The translations under genes were made by a program, and so were the position numbers. From Octopus vulgaris (taxonomy: Eukaryota): a DNA stretch of 64,000 nucleotides. The stretch is from NCBI GenBank assembly GCA_951406725.2, contig OX597820.1, positions 98,146,001 through 98,210,000 of the forward strand, in the 5' to 3' direction. A model generated the notes under the pieces. That model was not told the DNA's origin. It saw nothing but the letters and a program-made list of their open reading frames with translations, and did not search any database. Positions 27,776-41,572 of the stretch are shown in pieces (position 1 is the first letter of the stretch; each line of letters starts with the position of its first letter).

Positions 27776-28033
27776 TGCAATAAAACGATTTCTGTTCAAT
27801 CTTCGTTCAACTCCATTTCTTCAATTCACTAATAATATTAAAATTCAATTATCCGCACCAACGCATGGTTGCAACACCATATGGTTGTACCTCCAACCGT
27901 GCTGTCTTCTGCTGTGATTTTTGCTACCAAGGTATCGGTTAAACTTTTGATTAATCTGCAACAAGATTATTCATCTTTCTATTTCACATAATACATATAT
28001 ATATATATATATACAGATGTCGTGCAAACAGCA

Positions 28034-28083
<50 letters not shown>

Positions 28084-28375
28084 TATATGCACATATATAT
28101 ATATTTACATATAAATCTATATTCATATATACAACTATATATATGTATTTGTATACAAAGTCTGTTGAGATGCTTTGGAAGAATAACATACGTCCTTTTT
28201 ACTCCTCTGAGGAGATATTGCCCAATAAAATGTCTTAATTACTGGGGTTTAATTCTTTTGGGCAAATGGAAACAGCTGAAAGTGAACATGTTGAATTTTT
28301 GTCGTTAATAATTTATATCAACGCTACTTCTCCATTTTCTGGATTTTAATTTGAATATTTATAAACCAAGATTTA

Positions 28376-28582
28376 TATTGTGTCTGGGGAGAGTCATTTT
28401 CTTTCTGTGCCTTATTATTTAACACTCTCACCAGTAAAATTTCCACGTTTTTCTTATTTTTATTTTCCTAAAATTTTCGTTGCGTCTTGCAACCTTTTCA
28501 ATAGTTTTGACGTGGAAATTTTACCTGTGAGTGTGTTAAACGATAAGGCACAAAAAGAAAATGACTCTCCTCAGACACAATA
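28376..28582. repeat. Imperfect inverted repeat (about 73-bp arms, about 60-bp spacer)
   Basis: TATTGTGTCTGGGGAGAGTCATTTTC...TTCCACGT versus ACGTGGAA...GAAAATGACTCTCCTCAGACACAATA. Confidence 0.9.
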
Positions 28583-28749
28583 GAATATGCTTCAACACAC
28601 GAACACATATAAAGAATCTTGCAAACCAAATCCAAAAACAGGATTTATAGTTAAATCTATTATTTCAGGTATATTACTATTCACAACAAAATAATAGATA
28701 ACAAACAAGTAATTCTTTAATAATCTAATGTGTGAATTTTAAACTCTCC

Positions 28750-28781
<32 letters not shown>

Positions 28782-28785
28782 ATAC

Positions 28786-28816
<31 letters not shown>

Positions 28817-29178
28817 AGTGTGTGTGTGTGTGTATGTGTATAATTACAAAAATGCATACACATATGTATGTGCATATACATATATATTTGATACATATAT
28901 ACATGTATAAATGTCATATTTCTATATTCTTATTGCGAGTAGCCACGAGACTTTTGACTTGTTCTTTACAACATATACCGTCACATATAAAGTTTCTACA
29001 CTTAAATCCCACGAGTGGTGGCCAATTAAACACTACTAAGATATTAGATTCGATTCGATTAACTATATCCCTCTGACCTTTCACAAATTAGCAAGGTGCC
29101 TAGACAAAATAAAAATATTTTTTATTTTACTATTATTTTAAGTGCTCAGAAAATAAAACGTTCATTCGCACTTCATTG

Positions 29179-29213
<35 letters not shown>

Positions 29214-29307
29214 GTGTGTGTATGTGTGTGTGTGTATGTGTGTGTCTGTATGATTATGTCTGCATATTTGTACATTTTTCTGGAACTAAATTTTATTTTA
29301 AATATAC

Positions 29308-29420
<113 letters not shown>

Positions 29421-29736
29421 TAAGATACGATACTTATATATAATATATATCTAATATATATGTATGTACGGATATAAAGATATAAATATATATATACAAA
29501 TATATGTACGTGTATCATAGTGGTGTTTAAAGAATATAAAATATTAAATATAATAAATAAAAAAGCAAAATTTTCCACGAATCTTTGTCAACAGTGAAGC
29601 CATTTTAGCACAAATAAGTATAACATTACGACCGAGACCCCCATTGCTGTATTTGGTTGTAAAACAATCGTCAAGGCCAATTGTGAGTTCAATAGACCGC
29701 GCTTAAAACCCAATATGTACAAATATATATATGCAC

Positions 29737-29782
<46 letters not shown>

Positions 29783-29839
29783 GTATATATATGTGTACAC
29801 ACATACAATAATACAGTGTTTGGTTAATGTATAACCTAT

Positions 29840-29936
<97 letters not shown>

Positions 29937-30188
29937 AGCCTCAGGCCGACCAAAGTCTTTTGAGTGGATTTGGTAGACGGAAACTGTAAGGAACAAGTCA
30001 ACAGTCACTCCGAGGTTTCGGATAACTTGCCGTACTTAATCTGTCAGCGTTTTGTTTGTGAAAAATTAATTAGTTGTATTTTAAAGTTTAATTATAGAAC
30101 TTATTTTCCGTTCAATGTTAATTGTTCTTTTATATTGATTTAACTTATAAATATATACATACATACATACATACATACATGTATGGGA

Positions 30189-30233
<45 letters not shown>

Positions 30234-30289
30234 CATATATATACATACAAATACGCACACATATATATGTATGTGTGTGTATGTCTACT

Positions 30290-30333
<44 letters not shown>

Positions 30334-30585
30334 AGTATGTGTATATATGTGTATGTATATGTGTGTATATGTGCGTGTATATATTAGATATATACTCATA
30401 GACATATACATATCTCTCTCCTCCTCTCTCCCCCATCTCTCTCTCTACATATATATATCGTTTTCTTGAGTTATACGTTCTTGTCCATGTTGTATTTTTC
30501 TACATACCTTAATATATATATATATATGGGTTTCTTTCTTTCGGAACATATATTCATACATTCATATATATATATATATACCCCA

Positions 30586-31833
30586 CACGAGGGGTGTATG
30601 AAATGTTTTGAGCTAACCTAGAAACGGGGCTGCTAGATAGCTGAAATAAATTTTGCTGGTAAGTACAGTCTTTTCGGGATAATCTTGCTCATTTTCATGA
30701 TTCTGATATTTTTGAATAAACAACTGTCGAGATTTCAAGGAAAATGGAGAAAGTAGAATATCGTGCTGTCATAAAGTACCTTCATTTGGAAGGCATGACT
30801 CCATCGGAAATCCATGAAGATATGGTGAGGATCATAACAGACAATACTCCTTCATATGCAAAGTCAAAAGGTGGGTAAATGAATTCGAGCGTGGCAGGGA
30901 GAGTGTGGAAGATGATCCCAGACCAGCGAGACCTCCAACTGCAACAACCGAGGAAAACATTGACCTTGCTCTTGGTATGATACTGCAAGATCGCCGAATA
31001 TCATGTCGTCAGATAGCCGAGAGACTGGGCATCTCAACTGAAAAAGCAGACAACATTGTGACAAAAAACTTGGGTTCTCAAAGTTTTCCGCAAGGTGGGT
31101 CTCTCGCCTTTTGATTCCTGAACAGAAACACACCAGGTGCACTTTGTCCACGAGCAATCCAGAACTGTTTGAAGCCGATGAATAGAATTTTCTTGCTCGT
31201 TTCATTACTATGGACGAAATTTGGGTTCATCACTACCAGCCTGAAACCAAAAAACAATCAAAGCAGTGGAAACACACGTCTTCTCCTACCTCAAAGAAGG
31301 TCAGTGTCATTCCTTCAGCTGACAAGGTCATGGCGTCTGTTTTTTGGGGGATTCTGAAGGAGTCTTGCTGATCAGTTACATTGAAAAAGGTCACACCGTG
31401 TATTATTCTCAGCTACTGAAACGCCTCCGAGAAGCAATCAAAGAAAAAAGCTGGGAATACTCACCGAAGGAGTCGTTTTTCATCACGACAATGCTCCAGC
31501 CCACACATCAGTGGTTGCCATGGGAACAATTCGTGATTGTGGATACGAACTTGTTCCCCATCCGCATTGCCAGATTTAGCCCCTCTGATTTTCATCTATT
31601 CCCCAAAATGAAACAAGCCCTAGCAGGTCGCCATTTTGCCATTGACAATGACATCATAGAGGCCGTAGAAAGTTTCTTAGAGTTTCAAACAAAAGAGTTC
31701 CCCGCCGGGATAATGGCGCTTCAGCACCGCTGGAGAAAGTACTCAGCCATCGAGAGGGACTATGTTGAAAAATAAATCATCAGAAGTCTTGTACTATGTT
31801 TTGTTTGAGGTTCAAGACTTTACATACACGCCT

Positions 31834-31837
<4 letters not shown>
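30586..31837 (+). mobile_element. Near full-length mariner DNA transposon with frameshifted transposase (30744-31775)
   Basis: MEKVEYRAVIKYLHLEG..., VEDDPRPARP, ITMDEIWVHHYQPETKKQSKQW, FHHDNAPAH, SPSDFHLFPKMK; degenerate TIRs ACGAGGGGTGTATGAAATGTTTTGAGC and GTTCAAGACTTTACATACACGCCTCCT followed by TA. Confidence 0.95.
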
Positions 31838-31923
<86 letters not shown>

Positions 31924-32307
31924 TATACATATTGATAGATAATCTTTTAAATTTGTATACAAGAAATATGCATATAAAGCTCTTATTTTATTATGCCGGG
32001 CACAGTCTAATGATGCTGACATGAAAAGGGATAAACAACCTTGACTTAAACTTCCATTAATGCTATATCACCTGAAAAAACGAATCCATGAAGAAACACA
32101 TCCACACATACTACGGACTACACTGTAATCATCTCAGGAATACGGACTATGATCTTAAGAGACGCGTGTTATGTGGATGCTGTGTTTACGTCCCCGTAAC
32201 TTAGCGGTCCGGCAAAGTGCTGACCGATTGAATAAGTGCTCGGCTAAAGGCGGTGCTCCAGCATGGCCGCAGTCAAATGACTGAAACAAGTAAAAGAGAA
32301 AAGAGAA

Positions 32308-32340
<33 letters not shown>

Positions 32341-32579
32341 AGGCAATAAGAAAATTGAGGGGATCAAGAGGTGGTATTCATCAAATTTTAGACATTATAT
32401 TATGTCTATTTATTTACTAAAAAAAAACAATTATAACATTATACATACATGTATAACATATTATGCTTTTACATATATAAAAATACCAGTAATTATTAAG
32501 ATATATAACGTAGAACATAGAAAGTAGAATAGTTTCTTATAGCTGTTTCAGTCAAGTGAACATCGTACCCATCTTTACT

Positions 32580-32800
32580 TACATTGCCAAATTTCATATT
32601 TATTCTTTTGGTAAATCCATGTACTGTTTGTAGTAATATTTCCAGCTGTTTATCATTTGTAGCATACAGTTTTAGATCATCCATATACAAGAGATGGTTG
32701 ATTGTTTTGCCGTAACAGTTGTATCCACATCCAGTTCTGATTAGCATGTCAGATAAAGGTGCCAATGCAAGCAGAAAAGGAGTAGAGAGGGCTTGTTTCC
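32580..32800 (-). pseudogene. R4/Dong RT fragment
   Basis: INHLLYMDDLKLYATNDKQLEILLQTVHGFTKRINMKFG contains the YxDD motif. Confidence 0.88.
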
Positions 32801-32805
32801 CTGGA

Positions 32806-32884
<79 letters not shown>

Positions 32885-32888
<4 letters not shown>

Positions 32889-33154
32889 TAGTATATTTTT
32901 TATATCGTGCTTTCACTTCACTACCGAGCACAGCTCTATGTGCCTTGGGTATGTGCTGTGATTTGTTGTGATGCTCTGATGGTTATTGTATGGAAAGTGT
33001 TCTGCGTAGGATGTGTGTAGTGCCTAGTAGTGCAATTTTCTGTATGTTATATGTGTTTGCAAGTCCTGGTGATTTTGTTATGTATTTGTCTGAATATTTT
33101 TTATCATGCCTAATGCACCTATTATGATAGGAATTGTTTCTGTTTTTAGATTTA

Positions 33155-33155
<1 letters not shown>
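32885..33155 (-). pseudogene. 3' end of R4/Dong element in (TAA)n
   Basis: Highly similar to 14650-14918 (KKYSDKYITK...IQKIALLG...LRRT); flanked by (TTA)n. Confidence 0.92.
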
Positions 33156-33214
<59 letters not shown>

Positions 33215-33215
<1 letters not shown>

Positions 33216-33459
33216 GGCGATGTACTACGGTGTCAATAAACTCATGTAACACCCCTTATTTTTCTAGTACCTTCCGGAATATTCGAGCGGTTCCAAGCAG
33301 TGCTACTTTCTGAAATTGCTCCACCCTCATTTGTTCCATGTACTTCTCAAGATTTTTACTCACTGTTCCCAGGGCTTCCACAATTACTGGTACTACTACC
33401 ACCTATTTCATCGACCACAACTGCTTAACTTCCCAAGCTAACCTGTCATATCTATCGAC

Positions 33460-33460
<1 letters not shown>
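33215..33460 (-). pseudogene. 3' end of a second R4/Dong family in (TAA)n
   Basis: Minus-strand translation VVVVPVIVEALGTVSKNLEKYMEQMRVEQFQKVALLGTARIFRKVLE. Confidence 0.8.
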
Positions 33461-33516
<56 letters not shown>

Positions 33517-33728
33517 TTTTTTTTCTTCTTTCAAATTTGCTTCCATTTCTTGCCGAGTGTCTTCCCGACTCCTAGGGCAAAGAAACTCATAGTATACATT
33601 GGTAGGCCATTAAACCAAACTCAGTAGTTCGTTCATTTTTTTTTTTTTTTTTTTTAAGTTAAATTAAAATACATGAGCAGCAACAGTTCTCACATCGACA
33701 ATGCTCTTCTCAATACGTGTGATGTACC

Positions 33729-33830
<102 letters not shown>

Positions 33831-35062
33831 TTCATTATTATTATTACTATCATTATTTTTATTATTATTATTACTATCATTATTATTATTACCATTATTA
33901 TTATTATTATTATTGTTGTTGTTGTTGTTGTTGTTGATATTGTTATTGTTGTTGTTGTCGTCGTCGTTGTTATTATGATTCTATAAGAATTCTCTGCTTA
34001 ATTTATAACACTGCGCTTGGATTTCCAGTTAAGAGCTACTGTATAATTAAAAACCATGAATTCTCTTGTGGAACAACAGGATGCTCACGGAAATGCTTAT
34101 CAAGGGTTTAGCATTGATTGACACCAACCAGTCTGTGGCAGAAAACATTAAAGTGATAGAAATTCTCAACCAAACCGTGTTCTGAAGTCGCTAGAAATCT
34201 TGCTAGTTGTTCTGATTTGAAACCTGAAAACTCGAATATAGCCAACTTAAGATTCTTCACTTAGATTTATCCCCCTGTGAGATGATCTCTCAGCTCTTTC
34301 TACTTCCTTTGTAAGACATACACCATATACCATATACGCGTTCAACAACGATATCCTCGAAAGTTAGTGTAGACATATATTGTCCTTGCGTTTTAATGTC
34401 GACCTCGGCTATACATGCATAGATATAAACATGCATACATATACCATTGTATATAATTATTTCATTTATTCTCCATTATGTTTAGAAAATATGTATATAG
34501 ATATATGCCACATAACAAATTCAACTAGAATATCCACTTTATCTTACTCATTGAAAACCTTTAAGTATCACATACATACTTTCAGAAATGGTTTTTAAAT
34601 TTACACATGGAGAACTTTAAGTAACACATACATACTTTCAGAAATGGTTTTTAAATATAAACAAGCATACTCGTATACATAATACGTAAATCACTTTAAG
34701 TAATCAACGTATGGAAACATATTGTTTATTTGCTGGTCATTCTAGTCGAGGAACCACTATTATTTTCTATCTTATTACCAATGGCATAATAACCAACTCA
34801 ACATACATACAAGCATACTTACACACACATTCTTAAATCTATCTATCTATCTATATATAAATATATATAGATATATAAATATATATATATATACATATAC
34901 ATCTACATATATATATACATGTATATATACACACATATATATATATACATATATATATATACATACACATATATATACATATACGTATATATATAAATAT
35001 ACACATATAGACATATATATATATATACATATATATATATGTATATATATATACATACATAC

Positions 35063-35119
<57 letters not shown>

Positions 35120-35425
35120 AAGATACTTTTTATCTTATATTAAACTTTTTAATACTTTTTTATAGTTATATATTTTTATAAAAAAAAGTTTAAAAGTTTA
35201 AAAATTTATTAAATTAAGAATTTATTAATTTAAAATTTACAAAATATTAAAAAATATAAAAATTTATAAATATAAATCAAAAATTTTAAATTTAAATAAT
35301 GTAGATTTTAAATTTTATATTTTATATATTTTGTATATAATATTAATTATTTTTTTTTTAATGTTTTTGGTTTATGTTTTTCACTGTTTGATTTGCCTAA
35401 TAGTGGTTTTATCTCTAATTTAATT
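35120..35425. repeat. AT-rich (TA)n-embedded repeat; inverted sister at 47905-48251
   Basis: Shared termini ATACTTTTTATCTTA...TTAAACTTTT and CACTGTTTGATTTGCCTAATAGTGGTTTTATCTCTAATTTAA. Confidence 0.85.
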
Positions 35426-35461
<36 letters not shown>

Positions 35462-35489
35462 CACATACATATAAATATATATATTTTAT

Positions 35490-35775
35490 ATATATATGTA
35501 TTCACATATAGGTACAGGACGACACCAACTGTGTAAACACCATGAAGTACGATAACTAACCAGTTAAACACGCAAACAACGAGAGAAAAGGGAAAACAGG
35601 ACAAGTAAGATAGAGACGGACTCTTCATCAGTTGTTGCCTGACTGTCTACCGCTCATTTCGAGCATTCAACGACAATATGAGTCTTCGAAGACAGTTGCT
35701 CCCATAATTTCCGAAATAAAATTTTGGATTTATGGAAGGTCAATGTTTGGAACAAAAACAGGATAGTGGAGACAT
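35490..35775 (-). mobile_element. T-rich element with permuted hammerhead-like core (35619-35664)
   Basis: Homolog of 4995-5260; minus strand GCTC-GAAA-N25-CTGATGA-A-GAGT. Confidence 0.75.
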
Positions 35776-35841
35776 ATAGAAATATATATATATACACATA
35801 GTGAAACTAATCGAAATGTAACTATTAACATACATACAAAC

Positions 35842-35928
<87 letters not shown>

Positions 35929-36247
35929 CAGTGAAACTAATAAAAATAAAACTAATAAAAATGAACCTATTGAAAGTGAAACTATATAAAAGCGAAACTA
36001 ATATATCACATTACAATAGAGATGTTATTGTTTCACTATGGACAAGTAAACCAAAACAGTGTAAAAGATTGCTCCCCGGTCGCATTAGGCAAGAAGTTGA
36101 AAAGTTTTTGCCCCATAACACTGCATAGACCCTAAATAATGTGTAAAAGTTGAATGAAATCGGTTGCGTTGTTCTCAAGTTTTAGTTATTCACACATACA
36201 GAAACACACACACACGCACACACACATACACACAAACACACACACAT

Positions 36248-36281
<34 letters not shown>

Positions 36282-36563
36282 CAAAAATACAAAAATGGGA
36301 CAGGAACGCAAAACATCCAGTCAGTTAGGTGTTACAAAAAAGGGACAACAAAACATCCAGATAGCCGAGGCCATTCAGAGTTTTCTTTTCTCAGTTGAGT
36401 TCCAGATTGTCTTTGCAATTTCGACTGGTTATACTCGAGATTGCTCAAATCTGGTCAGCCCCAAGGAAAAAGTAAGCTAAGAGCTCTAGTTTCCGTGGAA
36501 GAAAGCGGCGAATGTATACGAAAACAAGGACGGAAAAAACGGAGAAATGGTACACAAATACAC
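36282..36563 (-). mobile_element. T-rich element ending at (TA)n with decayed permuted core (36387-36425)
   Basis: Minus strand GTC-GAAA-TTGCAAAGACAATC-TGGAACTCAA-CTGAGAA. Confidence 0.5.
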
Positions 36564-36564
36564 T

Positions 36565-37360
36565 CTGGGTCAAGAGGGTGGCTGCTGGAAGACCCTAGAT
36601 CCTGCAACAAGACTGCACCATGCCACACAAGCAGGAGAACCCAGTTATGTCTGTCAGACAATTTCTGCGACCACTTCGCCCCTCACATCTGGCCATCTAA
36701 CTCCCCATCTGGCCATCTAACTCCCCTTAGATTATCATGTGGGGCACAGTTGAGCGAGAGACCAACAATACTCCTTGTAACATCAAAGATGAACTGAAGG
36801 CAATAATTATGGCACCATTCACTTAAACAAGAAGACCGTCCAGAAGAGCTGCAGGAGATTCCGAAGTCGTCTGGAGACCGTGGTTGAAGGCAATGACGAT
36901 TGTATTGAATAAACGTACTCTTTAGTATTTCAAGTTACTTTTATGTAATTTTAGTAAATATATCTGTTAAAGTCGCATGGCGCAGTGGTCAGAGCGTCGA
37001 GCTTACGATGGTGAGGTTGTGAGTTCGATACCTGGACCGGGCTGCGTGTTGTATTCTTGAGCAAGACACTTTATTTCACATTGCTCCAGTTCACTCAGGT
37101 GTAGAAATGAGTTGCGACGTCACAGGTGCCAAGCTGTATCGGGCTTTGCCTTTCCCTTGGATAACACTGGTGGCGTGGAGAGTAGAGGCCGGTATGCATG
37201 GGCGACTGCTGGTCTTCCATAAATAACCTTTCCCGGACATGTTCCTGGGAGGGTAACTTTTTAAGTGCAATCCCATGGTCAGCTTCTGTTAAAATTAGAT
37301 GTCTGAGTTATTTTCATTTTTGCGTAATTTAGACGGCAGTTTATTCCCTGCACCCTGTAT
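36565..37360 (+). mobile_element. maT/Tc1-like transposon 3' remnant interrupted by a SINE
   Basis: QQDCTMPHK/APCHTSRRTQ...IWPSNSP...VERETNNTP; terminus CCCTGCACCCTG followed by TA. Confidence 0.75.
36972..37284 (+). mobile_element. Family C tRNA-derived SINE with 9-bp TSD
   Basis: A box TGGCGCAGTGG, B box GAGTTCGATACC; TCTGTTAAA at 36963-36971 and 37285-37293. Confidence 0.9.
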
Positions 37361-37642
37361 ATGCCAATGTGTATCTATACACGCACATAAATCAGGCTTC
37401 TCTCAGTTTCCATTTATCAATTTCACTGACATAGTTTCGGTCGACCCTAGGCTATATCAGGAGATACTTGCCCAATGTGTCACACAATAGAACTGAATCT
37501 GAAACCGCTTCGTCGGGAAGCAGATTTCTTAGCACTCAATCATGCGTATGTATAATATATATTTGCGTACCTGTGTTTGTGTTTGTGTGTTTGCATGTGT
37601 GCGCGCACTCGGGTTTGTGTATGTGTGCGTGTATGTGTATAC

Positions 37643-38175
37643 AAGAAGAAGCAGAAGGAGAAGAAGACTGAGAAGGAAGAAGAGGAAGAGGAAGAGGAGG
37701 AGGACGAGGAAGAGGAAGAGGAGGAAGTGGAAGACGAAGAAGAGGAAGTGGAGGAAGTGGAAGATGAGGAAGAGGAGGAAGAAGGGGAAGAGGAAGTGGA
37801 GGAAGAGGAAAATAAAGACGAGGAAGAAGAAGATAAAGACGAGGCAGAAGAGGAAGTAGAGGAAGAAGAGGAAGAGGGAAGGGGAGGAAGGGGAAGATAA
37901 AGACGAGGAAGAAGAGGAAGAGGGAAGAGGGAAGGGGAGGAAGGGGAAGATAAAGACGAGGAAGAAGATAAAGAGGGAAGAAGGAAGGGGAGGAAGGGGA
38001 AGATAAAGACGAGGAAGAAGAGGAAGGGGAGGAAGATAAAGACGAGGAAGAAGAGGAAGGGGAGGAAGATAAAGACGAGGAAGAAGAGGAAGAGGAAGAT
38101 AAAGACGAGGAAGAAGAGGAGGAGGAAGGAGAGGAAGGAGAGGAAGAGGAAGAGGAAGAGGAAGTGGTGGAGGTG
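37643..38175. repeat. Purine-rich (GAA/GAG) satellite with recurring GAAGATAAAGACGAGGAAGAAG unit
   Basis: Directly visible; almost no pyrimidines on the plus strand. Confidence 0.95.
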
Positions 38176-38955
38176 AATAGTAAGAAAATGAATGAAACAG
38201 ACTGAAAATTTGTGTTTCTGAAATGACATACGGGCTCATGGATATTAGGATAAAATTCGGAATCCAAGACAGCAACAAGCATGTGTATTTAGTATATCCG
38301 ATTAAACTTGATAGTCGTCTTTGCAGACAGTTTGAAAATTAATCCTTATACTTACTCATATGTGATAATGATGACTTTGTAAGATAAACTTAAATCTAAA
38401 TGAAAATTATATATAAAACAAAAACATGCAAGATCGAATGTCGCAAAATCACGTTTTAATTGCGCTCTCTCTTTCTCTCTCCATGTCTCCCTTTCTTTGT
38501 CTCTCTCTCTCTGTCTCTCTTCCCTCTCCCTCTCTTTCTCTCAATAACTACTATTATACTTGGTGTACATTATAACTGGATGATTGTTTTTGATATCCAT
38601 TGATAATATCGAAGGCGTAACTCAATTTTCTCGTAAATTACTCGGTTATACATTTCAATCCGCTGTATTTTTTTCCTTTCTTTGTTATATTATCCACCCC
38701 AAGGTCAGGTCACGTACACAGCTCGCATATTAGTTCCCCTTCAAGTAGTTGTTATTGCTTGATCAGCGATGAAAATATATGGGCATAGAGTGTTTATTGG
38801 AAGGAAGGCTGAGGAGCAGGTTTGCTAAAATATTTTGAATGCAAAAATAACTGTTTACAATGATACAGCTGAGTCACTTCAGTGAGCCATAACGTATATA
38901 TTTTCTAGTAGACTCATATGTATATTTCACATGAAAGTTGAATGAAAACATTATG

Positions 38956-39010
<55 letters not shown>

Positions 39011-40530
39011 TGGATGTCTTACAAAACTACTCTGCACATACGATAACATCCATACCAGCAATTCAACATACTTCCATCATCATCAGCTGCCCCACGGATA
39101 TCACTATGTATGTATGTATGTATGTATGTATGTATGTATATGTATGTAACTGTGTATCTATGTATGTATTAGGTCTTTCAATACTGGTGACATGTAACCC
39201 AGTGCAGCTTGTCTCGTGATCAGGTCGTCGGCGACTAAACCGGCGACCCCAGCTTTCTTAGTGAGGGTGATATTTGGGCACACAGTGGAATGAAATACAA
39301 CTCCCGTCTAAAGGCAGAGGAAATTAAATGAGTAAACTACCATTCAATAAAATCAAGGGTAGATGATGCTCATCACTCGTGGTGAAGGTAATTCCTCCAG
39401 GAGAATGAAATGTCTGAAATAAAAACTGTCCAAACAAGACCAGCTGATATTATTTTGCACACACAAAAAAACCCAAAATGATCACATCAGGATGTTATAT
39501 GTTCATCTATAAACTATATCAGTGAAGGCATGAATGACAAAAGAAGTGTAGTTACATAATCACCTCCATTAGCTTACAGCTGTTTCGGATATAAGAAGTT
39601 TTGCACTCAGAGATGTGCGCCAGTGCGACATCCTATAGCGTATTATGAATGTTTATGCTCAATACTTATCTTCTCCTTCATATAAGATATCAGATTGGAA
39701 AACATCAGTGAATTCACACCACTTCCTTGCACCGTTGATAAAAGTATATTGAGGCAAACAATTTAGACTGAAACCAATAACTCAGCAATCAACGAAGGAG
39801 ACTGTACGCGTTCGCTCAACAAGTTAGAAACAGTAGCCAAATATCTGTCCAATCAAAACTTTGAGTGTTAAAAAGGAGAAGCATATTGATTACTATGGCG
39901 CTGAATACAAGATGGGAGGGTAACTGTGGAATATACTCAATAACTGTAGTTCTGAGGTTGAAAAAAAAAACACTTTAAGTAATGCAGAGTTGCCTCGCAA
40001 ATTATCCGCACTGTTTTCCTTGTATCAGTGTGTTTACTTTAATTACAGAAAACACAAGGTTTACAGTCAAATCTCTCACACCACAACAAAGTAAATAATA
40101 CATAATGAGATGTATTGAAATTGCCACCTAATATTAAGTTTAAAAATTTTTTTTGTAAAGCAAGAAACACAAATACTAAAGATTAAATCTGAACAAAACA
40201 AACACAAGCTGATCAAATTGTCTTGCATATGAAACATAAAATTTGGGTAACTGACAAAAGTCTGACACGTGCTAACTTTTAGATTATGGAAATGTGACAC
40301 TTGAACTCACGAAGCAAACTTTTTTTTCTGTTTGCTTTTAATTTCCAAATATGGATGCAGATGAGATTGTGCTGTTTAGATGTTGGCTTCGAACCTTTGT
40401 GGATTCGCTTTTTATCCGAGAGCATGGCAACTTGAATAAGAGGTTTCTGCCATAGATTTGCGTGTAGAAATTGAATAACAGAAAACTTTGTGAGAGTACA
40501 CTTTTCCTATTTTGGGGTCGTAGATTCTAT

Positions 40531-40649
<119 letters not shown>

Positions 40650-41259
40650 AATATATATATATGTATGTACATATGTATTTATGTGTGTATGTGTGTATGT
40701 GTGTATGCATGTATGCATGTACGTACGTATGTACGTATGTATGTATGTGGGAACATGGCCATAAATATGTCTATCCACTTATATAATTTGGTAGCCAATT
40801 TCAGTGCTTGAACTACATGTTGTTAATGTTTATATGTAGCAGCAGCAGCAGTGGTGGTGGTGGTGTTGGTAGTGTTGATGTTGGTGGTGGTGGTGGTGGT
40901 GGTGGTGATAGTGTTAGTCTGGTTCTTTGATATCTGTTGTCATTTGCTTTAGTATGTCAAAGAGAAATTTCGATATAATATATTTTCTTGTCAGCAGCAA
41001 ATTGTAACAACTGCTTGGCAAATCTTGAAACGTAACTATGTCACTAATGTTGTATGATCTTATCACCAATGTTGAGATGAAAAGTGCATAAGATTTCTCA
41101 GTTTTTTTTATTCTATCGCATCACTGGTCAGTGCGCCGAGGTAATTTATAACATTTACTTTCAGATGTAGGATGCTTGTAGCTTCTTACACTTCGATGTC
41201 TAATGCTTGAAAATGTGGAAGTGATTACTGTGATGTTTTAGAAAATAGCGTGGATATAT

Positions 41260-41337
<78 letters not shown>

Positions 41338-41353
41338 ACACACACACACACAC

Positions 41354-41572
41354 AGAGGAGTGCTGAAACGTTCCTGGCTTTAAGGGTATCACGAAAGCCT
41401 TGTTAGAAGCCCAACCTTCCGAAGTCTTTTACAGGCTTAGAAAAACTGAAGAACCGCTGCAATAAGTGCGTGAATCTGAGAGAGAGGAACATGTTGAATA
41501 AATCACAATTAACTGATTCTCTAGTATTTTCTCTTACCCAAAGCCAAGGACTTTTATCCCGTCCCTCTCGTA
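41354..41572 (+). mobile_element. Mariner-derived MITE
   Basis: Inverted ends GAGGAGTGCTGAAACGTTCCTGGCTT and AAGCCAAGGACTTTTATCCCGTCCCTCTCG followed by TA; internal remnant LEKLKNRCNKCVNLRE resembles a mariner C-terminus. Confidence 0.75.

Larger units (their letters stand above)
27383..27830. repeat. Perfect palindrome: 222-bp arms with a 4-nt loop (ACAC, 27605-27608)
   Basis: 27383-27604 is the reverse complement of 27609-27830; mirrored near-identical ORFs in the track confirm the symmetry. Confidence 0.98.

Noticed and set aside
34560-34657. About 40-bp direct duplication
   Set aside because: Ordinary local slippage duplication with no further structure.
36972-37045. tRNA gene (also 58535-58600)
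   Set aside because: A/B boxes run directly into a multi-copy SINE body; no clean cloverleaf or terminator.
37529-38282. Long poly-E/S/P/R ORFs
   Set aside because: Translations of a purine satellite, open in several frames.
39205-39410. Possible RTE 5' UTR or HDV-like ribozyme
   Set aside because: A full nested double pseudoknot could not be drawn by eye.
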